The notes beneath the pieces were generated by a model, which worked only from the letters and a program-made list of their open reading frames with translations, had not been told where the DNA came from and did not search any database. Positions 1 to 9,608 of a DNA stretch of 30,936 nt are shown here, piece by piece. The position numbers were made by a program, and so were the translations under genes. Position 1 is the stretch's first letter; each line of letters opens with the position of its first letter. The DNA is taken from positions 1-30,936 of IMG/VR virus record IMGVR_UViG_3300014613_000076; one strand, written 5' to 3'. Origin of the DNA: a virus (Duplodnaviria > Caudoviricetes).

Positions 1-11
1 CCACCAGCAAG

Positions 12-3000
12 ATGGGCGCGTTCGAATCGTCCGTCAACAAGATGGGGACCGCGGTCACGAGGTATGCGAAGATGGCCGCGCTTGCGGCCACTGCTGCCAT
101 CGTCGGCTTCGGCGTCTCTGCTGTCAAGACGTTCGTCGAATTCGATACCGGGATGCGCGAGGTCTTCACGCTGATGCCCGAGCTATCTGCTGAGGCGAAA
201 AAGCAGATGACGGCGGATGTCAAGGATCTCAGTGAGGAGATCGCTGTCTTGCCGACAGACGTGATTCCTGCTCTGTACCAGGCAATCAGTGCGGGCGTGC
301 CGAAAGAGAACGTCTTCACTTTCCTGGAGATCGCGGGCAAGGCCTCGATCGCTGGCGTAACGGAACTGAGTGTAGCAGTCGATGGCCTGACATCGGTGAC
401 GAACGCCTATGGCGAGGAAGTCATTAGCGCCGAGGAAGTCGCCAGTACAATGTTCGTTGCCGTCAAGCGCGGGAAGACGACCTTCGAGGAGCTTTCTGCG
501 CGCATGTTCCAGGCTGTCCCGATCGCCTCTAAAATTGGCCTGTCGTTCAAGAACGTCGCTGGGGCGGCTGCGCAGATCACCCTAGCCGGTGTCCCGATGC
601 GTGTGGCGATGACCCAGATCCGCGCCCTGTTGAACGAGGTTGCGTTTGAGGGCAAGGAACTGAACAAGGTCTTCACTGAAGCAGCCGGGGTATCCTTCCA
701 AGAATTCGTTGCGGCTGGTGGCGACATCGCCGACATCATCGAGATCCTGGAAGATGCGGCGGCAGATGCTGGCGTATCCGTCGCGGAATTGACTTCCAAC
801 CTCGAAGCACAACAAGCGATGCTCAATCTGAGCGGTATCGCGGTCGGGAATCTCAGGGACATCCTGGCCGAAATGACAGAGGAAACAAAAGCACACGAAA
901 AAGCTTACGAAGAGATGGCCGCTGGTATCCAGTACCAGCTCAATGAACTCAAAGTCTGGTGGCAGAACCTGAAGCTGGACATCGGCGAGGACCTAGCCGA
1001 ACAGATGGGGAAACTTCTGACGTGGCTGCAGGACAATCAGAAGGAGATCGGGGATCGAATCAAGGCGATCTTCGATGGGATCATCGATGGTCTGGAGTGG
1101 CTGTCGCGGAATGGCGGGGCGGTGAAAATCGCGTTGATGGCTATCGCGGCGGGTTTCACAGCGATCTGGGTAGCGGCGAATCCTGTGGCTGCGGTGATCG
1201 CTGGGATTGTTGCAGGGTTCGTGGCTATCTCAAGCGGGCTGCCGTCGTTCGAGGCCGACTTGATAGGGCTGGGAGATGCGTTCGGTGATGCTGGCGAAAA
1301 GGTGGGGCTACTGGACCTCGCGATTCATGGGCTGATAGCGCCGGTGGAAGCAGTGCGAGATATGATAGCGCCGCTAACAGGCAATGTGAGGGCTTCGGCA
1401 AGTGCTATAGAAAACCTGGCGAATCGGGTATGGCTGTTGAATGAGTCCTTCGAGAATATGGAGAAAGCTGGCATGCTTTCATCCGTTGCCGCCGCCGATC
1501 TGAAGGCGAAGGTGCGGGCGCTATACGAGGACTTGAAGGACGCTCCCGATCTTGAGCAGGTAATGCAGCATTGGCCGACAGCGCTCAACAACATCCTGAA
1601 CGAATGGACTGACGATTTCCCGCTACTGCAACGCTTGCTTGAAGAGATCGCTGCTACGGCGGTTGAGGTAAGCGAAGACGTAGAAGAAGCTGCGGAGGAC
1701 ACCGGTGAAGCGATTGCTGAAATGGTGGCGCCGCTTACTACGGGCGCGATCGAAGCGGCGGAGAAGGCGCTAGAGGATCTCCGAACTGAACTGTCAGAAA
1801 CAGCGAGCGGCAGTCTCGATTACATCGTAGTTGTTGGCAACATCCGCGCAGAGTATGCGAAGCTAATCGCCGCCGAACAAGCCGTAGTCGCTCAAGGGGA
1901 GGAAGTAGACCAGCGTTTGTTGGCGTTGATTGGCGGCTACGAAGCGCTGGGGCTCGCTCTCGAAGACAATGTCGCCAGCACGCAAAGCTGGGGAGATGCA
2001 GTCAAAGACATCATATCAACATCCTTGGCCGACACTCTGTGGGAACTCGGGACGTTCTACCGAAAGTCCCAAGACGAAGAGAAAGATCATCAGTCCAAGA
2101 TGGCCGGGATCATTAAGAGTGGCCTCGATCGGATTGCGGATCTAAATAAGACAGCCGCAGAACGGATAGAAGATAATGATGAGGCCCATAGGCGGCGGCG
2201 ACGAGACATCCAGGAATGGTATGATCGGCAGATTGAAGATGGTGCTGGGGGCACAGCCGAAAAACTGCTCGCATTACAGACGGAGTTTGCCCGTAAGATG
2301 CAAGATGCTGAGACAGACCATGCAGACAAGCGTTACGATATAGACTTGCAGCTTCGCCGCAATCTCGAAGACAACGAAGCGGATCAGGAAGAATTGTTGG
2401 CGAAAGAGAAGACGGCTTACGAGCAACAGCGCACCGACATCACGGACATTGTCGACCAAGGATTCAAGGACATGGTTGATGCGATCGTGCAATCGGGCAT
2501 CGACACGGTAGTGCAAGGAGTCATCGACAACTTTTGGGCGCTGGCGACGGAAACGGACCTCGCGATAAAGGCAACGAATACTGCGGTAGCTGGATTGGAT
2601 CTGGGGCCACTGGCGGCCCTGGCTGTTCCGTTGCTGTATGGATCCATCGATCCGAAGATCACTCATCAGTTTGGGAAGCAGCTCGATAAGGTTTTGCGCT
2701 TCCTACTCGGGATACCGCCGACAGACACTGGGATCCCTAGTTACGGATCCGGAGGAATCGTCCCCGGGCCGAGAGGAGAACGGCGCGTGATCGTGGCTCA
2801 CGGCCACGAACAGGTACTAACGCCGGAGCAACGCGAGGGAATGCGCATAGACTACCGGATGATCGGGACCGCTGTGGAGAACGGCGTCTACGATGCGATG
2901 ACAGATGTGTTGGGACGACAGCCAAATAGGCCACTCGTCCTCAACGTAGAGGGCAGACAGATGGCGCGCGCCCTGTTCAATCCATTCATGGAGGAAAACG

Positions 3001-3032
3001 ACCGACGCGGCGGGGTGATCGTGACGGCATGA
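12..3032 (+). CDS. Phage tail tape measure protein (TP901-like); may be 5'-truncated by the window edge
   Basis: 1006-aa Ala-rich helical ORF with TMP-type core (FVEFDTGMREVFTLM...ALYQAISAGVP...GKTTFEELS), hydrophobic mid region, C-terminal YGSGGIVPGPRG...HGHEQVLTP motif; frame is open back to the window start; lies upstream of tail-tip genes. Confidence 0.93.
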   Translation: MGAFESSVNKMGTAVTRYAKMAALAATAAIVGFGVSAVKTFVEFDTGMREVFTLMPELSAEAKKQMTADVKDLSEEIAVLPTDVIPALYQAISAGVPKENVFTFLEIAGKASIAGVTELSVAVDGLTSVTNAYGEEVISAEEVASTMFVAVKRGKTTFEELSARMFQAVPIASKIGLSFKNVAGAAAQITLAGVPMRVAMTQIRALLNEVAFEGKELNKVFTEAAGVSFQEFVAAGGDIADIIEILEDAAADAGVSVAELTSNLEAQQAMLNLSGIAVGNLRDILAEMTEETKAHEKAYEEMAAGIQYQLNELKVWWQNLKLDIGEDLAEQMGKLLTWLQDNQKEIGDRIKAIFDGIIDGLEWLSRNGGAVKIALMAIAAGFTAIWVAANPVAAVIAGIVAGFVAISSGLPSFEADLIGLGDAFGDAGEKVGLLDLAIHGLIAPVEAVRDMIAPLTGNVRASASAIENLANRVWLLNESFENMEKAGMLSSVAAADLKAKVRALYEDLKDAPDLEQVMQHWPTALNNILNEWTDDFPLLQRLLEEIAATAVEVSEDVEEAAEDTGEAIAEMVAPLTTGAIEAAEKALEDLRTELSETASGSLDYIVVVGNIRAEYAKLIAAEQAVVAQGEEVDQRLLALIGGYEALGLALEDNVASTQSWGDAVKDIISTSLADTLWELGTFYRKSQDEEKDHQSKMAGIIKSGLDRIADLNKTAAERIEDNDEAHRRRRRDIQEWYDRQIEDGAGGTAEKLLALQTEFARKMQDAETDHADKRYDIDLQLRRNLEDNEADQEELLAKEKTAYEQQRTDITDIVDQGFKDMVDAIVQSGIDTVVQGVIDNFWALATETDLAIKATNTAVAGLDLGPLAALAVPLLYGSIDPKITHQFGKQLDKVLRFLLGIPPTDTGIPSYGSGGIVPGPRGERRVIVAHGHEQVLTPEQREGMRIDYRMIGTAVENGVYDAMTDVLGRQPNRPLVLNVEGRQMARALFNPFMEENDRRGGVIVTA

Positions 3033-3409
3033 GCGTGAAAGGCAGATTCTGGCTGGGCGAGTTGGATTCCGAGACGCTATTCGAGACGGGTTGGCAGGCG
3101 TTCGACGAGGAGGACTTCGAGATCAACCGCGAGGGTCGCGTGGCCAATGGCGACCTAGTGATTGACACGATCGCGACGAAGAAGCGCTTCACTCTGTCAT
3201 ATACGGCGGGGATGTTAGACGCCACGCTGGAGATACTGAAGGGCCTGTACACGACGGGCGTCACATCTACTCTGAGCCTGTTAGTCGAGAGATCTGACGA
3301 TTCGGTTGATTCGTACACAGTGAAGCTGAGGCCGTTTAAGCGCACGCGAGAGCTGGCTATGGATAGCTGGTATTGGCGCGGAGTTACGTTCGTACTAGAG
3401 GAGGTTTGA
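3029..3409 (+). CDS. Putative distal tail (Dit-like) protein
   Basis: ATGA overlap with TMP stop; 126 aa, beta-rich, ends WRGVTFVLEEV as in small siphophage tail-tip proteins; position directly after TMP. Confidence 0.6.
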   Translation: MSVKGRFWLGELDSETLFETGWQAFDEEDFEINREGRVANGDLVIDTIATKKRFTLSYTAGMLDATLEILKGLYTTGVTSTLSLLVERSDDSVDSYTVKLRPFKRTRELAMDSWYWRGVTFVLEEV

Positions 3410-3410
3410 C

Positions 3411-3599
3411 ATGTCGGAGTTGGTAGGTAAGGCAAGGCCCGCCGCGACAGTCAGCGCACGGGTGTTCGATTCCGACGGGAATCTGCTTGAGGATCTCGGC
3501 GTGATTTCGACACCGGACGGACTGTCGAAAGCGGACAAGAAAAGCCTCGCGGCAAAACTGAAGAGACTGAAGGAAAGGACGGTGGGACATGGCAGCTGA
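3411..3599 (+). CDS. Small hypothetical virion-module protein
   Basis: GAGGAGG RBS, tight packing, 62 aa with SARVFDSDGNLLEDLG beta-hairpin-like motif. Confidence 0.6.
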   Translation: MSELVGKARPAATVSARVFDSDGNLLEDLGVISTPDGLSKADKKSLAAKLKRLKERTVGHGS

Positions 3600-3990
3600 T
3601 GTAGTGGTAGTGGTGGATCAGGGGATGGAGATCACGACGGATCGTTTGCTCGATGCGCCGAACGGTAACCAGCCGCAGTGGATTGACTGGGGCACGGGCG
3701 TGACGCCAGCAGCAGCAGCAAACACGGTACTCCAAACGCCGAAAAATGACGAAGCCCGTACTGTCGGCGTGATGACACAGGTGACGACGAGCGTGACCGA
3801 CGACACACTTCAAGTGGTGGGGACAATCACCTGCGCGGTAGCCCCAGCGGCGATCACGGAATGTGGATTGTTCACGCACCTGTCATCGACGACGGGATTC
3901 TTGTATCTGAGGGCGACATTCGACCCGATCAACGTGTTAGTCGGCAACTCGATTGAGTACACGATCAAAGTGAAGTACGACCAGGGATAG
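3589..3990 (+). CDS. Putative tail structural protein (tail-fibre N-terminal/collar-like domain)
   Basis: 133 aa with WGTG...LQTP...EAR...ITECGLF...LYLRATFDPINV pattern recalled from phage tail-associated proteins; in tail cluster. Confidence 0.6.
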   Translation: MAADVVVVVDQGMEITTDRLLDAPNGNQPQWIDWGTGVTPAAAANTVLQTPKNDEARTVGVMTQVTTSVTDDTLQVVGTITCAVAPAAITECGLFTHLSSTTGFLYLRATFDPINVLVGNSIEYTIKVKYDQG

Positions 3991-4000
3991 GGGGTGACGC

Positions 4001-5206
4001 ATGGCGGCACCAATTGTAGCGCCACCGACTAGAAACGAGACGCAGAATACGATTGCTGTTGCGACCAGTTACGTCCGTGGCACAGACACGACGATTACAT
4101 TGACGGATGGGACTGGATTCCCGAACGCAGCGCACGTGATCCGCGTGAGGAATGCAGACAATACGAAGTGGTGTCTGCTGATCTATACTAGCTACGCTGC
4201 GGATGTGCTGACGATGGCAGCGGCGGATGACTATGCGCTGGCGAAGAATGTCACGGTAGGTGACGAAACGTACGAGTGGCCTGCCGGGAGCATCGTCGAG
4301 ATCGTCGCGGCCGCAGATGAAATCGGGCAGATCATGACACCGATCCAAGCTGCAAACGCTGGGGAGGTGTTCTTCGAGGAGTCCGGAGTCTTGAAAACGG
4401 ATTCCGGCCTCGTCTGGGACAATACCGACAAGCAGCTGATCGTCACGAAGACGGCGATCGGTGCGACTCAGGGCGATTACGGCCTCAAACTGATCAACAC
4501 GACGGCAGCGGCGGCGGGCGCACAGCAGTATTCGCCGCCTTCGATCTGGCAGGGCCAAGGCTGGAAGACGGACGCAACAGCCGCATCTCAAGCTGTGGCG
4601 TTCCGTGCGTTTGTTCGCCCGATTCAAGGTGCAGCGGCACCGACTGGGGCATGGGATCTTCAGGCGAGCATTGGCGGTGGGGCATATTCCAGCAATCTAA
4701 TCTCGATCTCTAGTGCTGGGTATATGACGATTGCGGGCCGTTTGGGGGTAGGAGCCACACCATCGTATCCACTACAGATTCAATCAGCAGGGGCTGGCAC
4801 GAAAATGACAATCGCGGATGATGTGAATTTCGCGCTCAGTTTGTCCGCCGACGGGAGTGGCACCGGGACCCTGTACCTAAAACAGGCAGGGTCCAATAAG
4901 GTCGTGTTCGATGCAACCGCTGAGAGCAATTCGTATCTGAACGTCGGTGGCAACTTGGGATTAGGGACACCGACCTTCAATGCCACGGCGAGGGGATGTT
5001 TCGTTGTCGCCAACGGTACCGCGCCAGCAGCCCATACTGACGACCAGATCTACATCTACTCAAAGGACAGTGTTGGTTCGGCGGGGGCTACTTTCGGGCT
5101 TGAGTTGGAGAGCCCAGTGGTTGCGATCGGCACATTCACGCCATCGCACAAGCTTTACGCGTGGATCAACGGAGTAGAGTACGCGATTCAGCTAGACGCA
5201 GTATAG
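4001..5206 (+). CDS. Putative tail fibre / minor tail protein
   Basis: 401 aa, Gly/Ala/Thr-rich, contains GRLGVGATPSYPLQI and GNLGLGTPT fibre-type beta repeats. Confidence 0.7.
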   Translation: MAAPIVAPPTRNETQNTIAVATSYVRGTDTTITLTDGTGFPNAAHVIRVRNADNTKWCLLIYTSYAADVLTMAAADDYALAKNVTVGDETYEWPAGSIVEIVAAADEIGQIMTPIQAANAGEVFFEESGVLKTDSGLVWDNTDKQLIVTKTAIGATQGDYGLKLINTTAAAAGAQQYSPPSIWQGQGWKTDATAASQAVAFRAFVRPIQGAAAPTGAWDLQASIGGGAYSSNLISISSAGYMTIAGRLGVGATPSYPLQIQSAGAGTKMTIADDVNFALSLSADGSGTGTLYLKQAGSNKVVFDATAESNSYLNVGGNLGLGTPTFNATARGCFVVANGTAPAAHTDDQIYIYSKDSVGSAGATFGLELESPVVAIGTFTPSHKLYAWINGVEYAIQLDAV

Positions 5207-5215
5207 GAGGGATAC

Positions 5216-5458
5216 ATGGATTTCGAGGTAGTGAAGGCGCGGGTACCATCGGAGATCGGGGACATCCGAGTGCTCCTTGAAGTGAAAGCAGGCGGACAAG
5301 AATCTGCCGAGTACACGGTGGAGATTCTTGACGCGGACGGACTAACAATGGAACACAAACAAGGAGATCTCGCCCCGTATCTGACGACAGCGCAGATCTC
5401 CGGCGCACGCGCACTGATGGCAGACGTGCGGACGAAGGCGCAGAAGCTGATTCAATAA
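5216..5458 (+). CDS. Hypothetical protein (possible fibre-associated chaperone)
   Basis: AGGAGG RBS, 80 aa, directly after fibre-like gene. Confidence 0.65.
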   Translation: MDFEVVKARVPSEIGDIRVLLEVKAGGQESAEYTVEILDADGLTMEHKQGDLAPYLTTAQISGARALMADVRTKAQKLIQ

Positions 5459-5467
5459 GGGGGTTCA

Positions 5468-5830
5468 ATGAAGCGACTGGACATAGGACGAGAGGCGACA
5501 CACCTTGACGGGGTACCATACATCAAGGAGTTCGATGAAGACGGCAAGCCAGTCCACTGGACAGTCCGAACTTTGCTGATCGACACGATCCAGGATGTCG
5601 CGATGCTCGCGATGGGGGATTCCGTGATTGTCTGGAGGATCGGTCTGCGATTGGTCGATCACAAGAAGCCGACGATCGATCTGGAAGACGCCGACTTCAG
5701 TAAGCTCGAGGCCGCGTATGCCCGTCCCCAGGCGCTTCTCGCGAAGGAGAACTGGGTCAAGGCGAATCTCGGGCTCGCTTTCGAGGCCGTGGAGGACATC
5801 GACCTGGATACGAAGAAACCAAAGAAGTAG
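5468..5830 (+). CDS. Hypothetical protein (tail module)
   Basis: AAGGGGG RBS, 120 aa, co-oriented and tightly packed. Confidence 0.65.
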   Translation: MKRLDIGREATHLDGVPYIKEFDEDGKPVHWTVRTLLIDTIQDVAMLAMGDSVIVWRIGLRLVDHKKPTIDLEDADFSKLEAAYARPQALLAKENWVKANLGLAFEAVEDIDLDTKKPKK

Positions 5831-5836
5831 GCCCCC

Positions 5837-8800
5837 ATGTACGGGCACAACCGATACGGATCGACCCGCTACGGCGCGTCCCAAGAGGATGTGTCCGTTT
5901 TCGTCAAGGTCGTCTACGGCGTCGCGACAGCGACTAGCGTGGCTGTGCGCACGACAGCCAAGGCGCTTTCGGTATCGGTTGCCGCAACGGGACTTGCCAT
6001 CCGCAAGGCGGGCAAAACATTCTCCAGCACGGTTGCGGCGACGGCTGCAGTGGGGCGCAGCGTCGGCAAGACTCTTTCTAGCACAGTAGCAGCCACAGGA
6101 ACCATCGCCCGGAAGATAGCAAAGACCATCACAGGTAACGTCGCCGTGACTGGCGTCGTTGTCCGGAAGGTAAGCAAGGCTTTCGCGACCGTGACAGTCA
6201 CGGCTGTCGGCACAGTGAGCCGCATTGCAGGCAAGATCGCAGCGGGTGGCGTCATCGTCACCGCGACCATCGCCCGGCTTGTCAAGAAAACGCTCACGGC
6301 TACAGTAATCGCAACGGCTACAGTGAACCGCAAGACGGGGAAGAATCTCGCGGGCACAGTCGCGGCGACAGGCCTTGTTGTTCGCAAGGCTCAGAAGGGA
6401 TTGTCCGCTACCGTCCTAGCCACAGGCACCCGTGCGGCGCAGTTTGTGAAGACTGTCACGGCTAGCGTCCTCGCTACTGGGGCCGTCGGGCGCAAGATCG
6501 GCAAGAGCCTCACCAGCTCAGTCGCAGCGACCGGCATTGTCATCCGGAAGACGGGCAAGAGCCTAGTAACAACCGTGCTTGCCACCGGGACAGTTCAACG
6601 CATAACGGAGAAGATCGCCGCTGGCGGTGTCGTTGCCACCGCGATCGTCACACGGCTTGTCAAGAAGACACTCACCGCTACGGTACAAGCAACGGCGACG
6701 GTGAACCGCAAGACTTCGAAGATGTGCTCCACCATGGTCACTGCGCTAGGGTCCATTGTTCGGAAAACGGGGAAGGGTTTGGCGACGACGGTCCGGGCAA
6801 CTGGTACGGTGGGGCGCTTCATTGAGAAGCTCATATCCGGCGGCGTCGTTGCGACGGCCACAGTCGGGCGTCTCATCAAGAAAACGCTGACGGCCACGGT
6901 GACGGCGCGGGGCATCTTCCAGAAGACTGCCTACGATATGGCCTATGAGATGAACAAGACCATCCGGAAGATTCTCGGACGCGTGGCGATCACCTACACC
7001 GACCCGTTCTTTTCTGCCGGGATTGAGGAGACGGCCTCGGAGACGGGCCGCTACACGTATCCGGACCAAACCACAGATAATGTGGAGACAGAAGCATTCA
7101 AGTGGTTCTCCCTGCATCGCAACGTGCTTGACGGGACATTCCATCCCTTGCCGTCGGCTACAGAGTACAGCGTCGGATGGTGGGGTACGACGCTCTCCGA
7201 TTCCGTTACCGCTGAGTTCGATCCGGACCCCGTGCTCACGATCGAGCACAGCGAACGGTCAGTCGAGAGTCTGCTGGTCGTTGGAGATGATCAACTTGAG
7301 GAGTACCCCGTCGATTTCTGGGTACGGCTTTATTCTGTGGGCGATGCCCTGGAATACGAATGGCACGAAACCGGGAATGGTCTCGTGACGTGGACGAAGG
7401 CCGTGTCCCCGACCGAATCCGCCATTGTGAAGCACGTTCTCACGATTGAGAAGTGGAGCCGCCCATGGGCGGTCTGCAAAATCTCGCAGTTCTTCACGAT
7501 GCTTGAGGAGACTTACGATTCTGAGGACGGCGAGTTGTTCTCAATCCGAATGCTTGAGGAGCGTGAATTCGAAGAGCCGACGATTCCGCAGGGCAACATC
7601 TCATCCAACGAGATCACCGTACGGCTGAACAACATCGACGATCTGTTCACAGCGGGCAACTTCAACAGCAGGCTCCACGGGATGCTATTGAACAACCGCG
7701 CCATCCGGGCGTGGCTCGGGTGCGACTTACACTCCGGGGAGCGGATATGGTTCCCCCTCGGCACTTTCTTCTCACGCGACTGGAGCACGCCCGAGGAGGT
7801 GACGTGGGCTGAAGTACGGGGCTTGGATATGCTCGATCGCCTGAGGCGGACCGAGTTCTCAACATCGGAAGTCTATGAGAATGTGACGCTGCATGATCTC
7901 GCAGTCACTGTGATGGCCGATGCCGGGCTAACTGACGCGGACTGGGATATCGATCCGGTTCTGGATACAGCAGACTACACGATCCCCTATGCGTGGTTCG
8001 ATCGGATGTCACACCGTGAGGCTTTGCGGAGAATTGCAGCAGCGGCGCTAGGCCAGGTCTATTGTGATCGGGATGGCAAAATCGTGATCGAGATCTATAC
8101 AGCACCGGCCGCGCAGCCATACGATTTCCATTTCACCGAGGCGAACTTCTTCACAATCGACCATCCGCTTCAGTGGTCACAAATGATCAACTACGTCCAA
8201 GCCCGGGCCGATCCCCGTGTACCATCCGCCGAGCAGGATATCTGCGTGGACACCGAGACATTCACCGTCCCAGGATCGGGTTCGATCACGAAGACGCACT
8301 ACTTCGATCTGTCACCATGCGTAGATGTGGTGGACCCTCTCGTATTCGTGGACCCCGGGGGCCATGTAACGCTTGACTCGATGACGATCTACGCATGGGG
8401 CGCTGCAGCCACCTACAGCAACTCCGACCCGGGTGACGAGACAGTGACTTCGGTGACGATTCGTGGCAAGCCGCTGGAAGTGCAGGGAGGACGTGTCGTC
8501 GTCGCGGAGGATGCGACGAGCATCGCAAGCAACGGCAAGCAAACGCTGGGCGAGCCGATTTCTAGTGAATTCTGGCAAACAGAGACACAGGCCCAGGCCG
8601 CTGCCGATTCTCTACTCGCAACGTACAAGGACCCGCGCCGTGATGTACTCATGCGGGCGCGCGGGAATATCGCGCTGTTGCTGGGGGATCGTGTGGTCGC
8701 CCCGGACTACCGAGGGGAAGTCACATCGGAATATGGGCTGATGCGGCAGGACATCAACTTCGACGGCGGCTTGGAAGTCATGGTCACAGCGCAGCGGATC

Positions 8801-9127
8801 GCGGGCGGGGAAACGATCTACCGGAAGACGCTCTCTACGACCGTGACGGCAGAGGGGCGGCCGTTGTGGGATTCCGGCCTGATCGGTGGATATGGGCACA
8901 ATCGATACGGAGCTACCCGGTACGGGGCCGCCAAAGGGGGCTACTACGCGAAAGAGTTGGCCGGAGTGGTAGCCGCTACGGGCGATGTCAACCGCCACAC
9001 ATCAAAGGAACTGGTCGGGGCGGTGATAGTCACGGGGATTGTCCCGCTTTGGGAGTCGGGCTATACCGGCGGCTACGGTGACAACCGATATGGCGCCGTG
9101 AGGTACGGTGCTGGGGAGGAAGACTAA
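5837..9127 (+). CDS. Large tail-tip/baseplate hub (Tal-like) protein with 18-aa basic repeats
   Basis: 1096 aa; central region has hub-like motifs (PQGNISSNEITVRLNN, FPLGTFF, RGLDMLDRL, REALRRIAAAALGQVYCDRDGKI, RGNIALLLGDRV); N-terminal third is 18-aa V/T/A/K repeats. Confidence 0.75.
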   Translation: MYGHNRYGSTRYGASQEDVSVFVKVVYGVATATSVAVRTTAKALSVSVAATGLAIRKAGKTFSSTVAATAAVGRSVGKTLSSTVAATGTIARKIAKTITGNVAVTGVVVRKVSKAFATVTVTAVGTVSRIAGKIAAGGVIVTATIARLVKKTLTATVIATATVNRKTGKNLAGTVAATGLVVRKAQKGLSATVLATGTRAAQFVKTVTASVLATGAVGRKIGKSLTSSVAATGIVIRKTGKSLVTTVLATGTVQRITEKIAAGGVVATAIVTRLVKKTLTATVQATATVNRKTSKMCSTMVTALGSIVRKTGKGLATTVRATGTVGRFIEKLISGGVVATATVGRLIKKTLTATVTARGIFQKTAYDMAYEMNKTIRKILGRVAITYTDPFFSAGIEETASETGRYTYPDQTTDNVETEAFKWFSLHRNVLDGTFHPLPSATEYSVGWWGTTLSDSVTAEFDPDPVLTIEHSERSVESLLVVGDDQLEEYPVDFWVRLYSVGDALEYEWHETGNGLVTWTKAVSPTESAIVKHVLTIEKWSRPWAVCKISQFFTMLEETYDSEDGELFSIRMLEEREFEEPTIPQGNISSNEITVRLNNIDDLFTAGNFNSRLHGMLLNNRAIRAWLGCDLHSGERIWFPLGTFFSRDWSTPEEVTWAEVRGLDMLDRLRRTEFSTSEVYENVTLHDLAVTVMADAGLTDADWDIDPVLDTADYTIPYAWFDRMSHREALRRIAAAALGQVYCDRDGKIVIEIYTAPAAQPYDFHFTEANFFTIDHPLQWSQMINYVQARADPRVPSAEQDICVDTETFTVPGSGSITKTHYFDLSPCVDVVDPLVFVDPGGHVTLDSMTIYAWGAAATYSNSDPGDETVTSVTIRGKPLEVQGGRVVVAEDATSIASNGKQTLGEPISSEFWQTETQAQAAADSLLATYKDPRRDVLMRARGNIALLLGDRVVAPDYRGEVTSEYGLMRQDINFDGGLEVMVTAQRIAGGETIYRKTLSTTVTAEGRPLWDSGLIGGYGHNRYGATRYGAAKGGYYAKELAGVVAATGDVNRHTSKELVGAVIVTGIVPLWESGYTGGYGDNRYGAVRYGAGEED
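5900..6915 (+). repeat. Coding tandem repeat, ~18-aa (54-nt) period, about 19 units (consensus near TVxATGxVxRKxGKxLxx)
   Basis: e.g. STVAATAAVGRSVGKTLS / STVAATGTIARKIAKTIT; higher-order unit KIAAGGV..TA...RL.KKTLTATV occurs three times. Confidence 0.85.
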
Positions 9128-9606
9128 TGGCATGGACGACACCGAAAACGGATTGGCTATCGAGTGATGGTGTGGCATACAGCGATCTGAACCAGATCGG
9201 CGCGAACCTCGCCTATCTGAAAGATCACGTAGACGCGACGACGGGAATACACGGAGCTGTGTCAGCGGCGACGGCGAGCAAACTCATCATCAGAGATGCG
9301 AGCGGGCGGGCTCAGGTGGCAGCGCCTAGTGCCGCGGGCGACATCGCAATCAAATCCACTGTGACGGATCACTCGGGGCTAGTCGACAATCCGCACACGG
9401 TGACGAAAACGCAGATCGGCCTTGGCAATGTGACGAACGACGTGCAGATGCCGATAGCGGGCGGGACATTCACCGGGCAAGCAATTGCGCTGGCACCGGA
9501 CACAGACTACACGACTGCGATGCTGCGGAATATCGTGCTGAGGACTACGGTGCCAACCGCCGGCCAGATCCAGAATGGCGAGATCGCGTTCGTCTACGAG
9601 GCTTAG
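9127..9606 (+). CDS. Tail fibre-like protein
   Basis: MAWTTPKTDW N-terminus and NPHTVTKTQIGLGNVTN phage fibre repeat motif. Confidence 0.75.
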   Translation: MAWTTPKTDWLSSDGVAYSDLNQIGANLAYLKDHVDATTGIHGAVSAATASKLIIRDASGRAQVAAPSAAGDIAIKSTVTDHSGLVDNPHTVTKTQIGLGNVTNDVQMPIAGGTFTGQAIALAPDTDYTTAMLRNIVLRTTVPTAGQIQNGEIAFVYEA

Positions 9607-9608
9607 CT

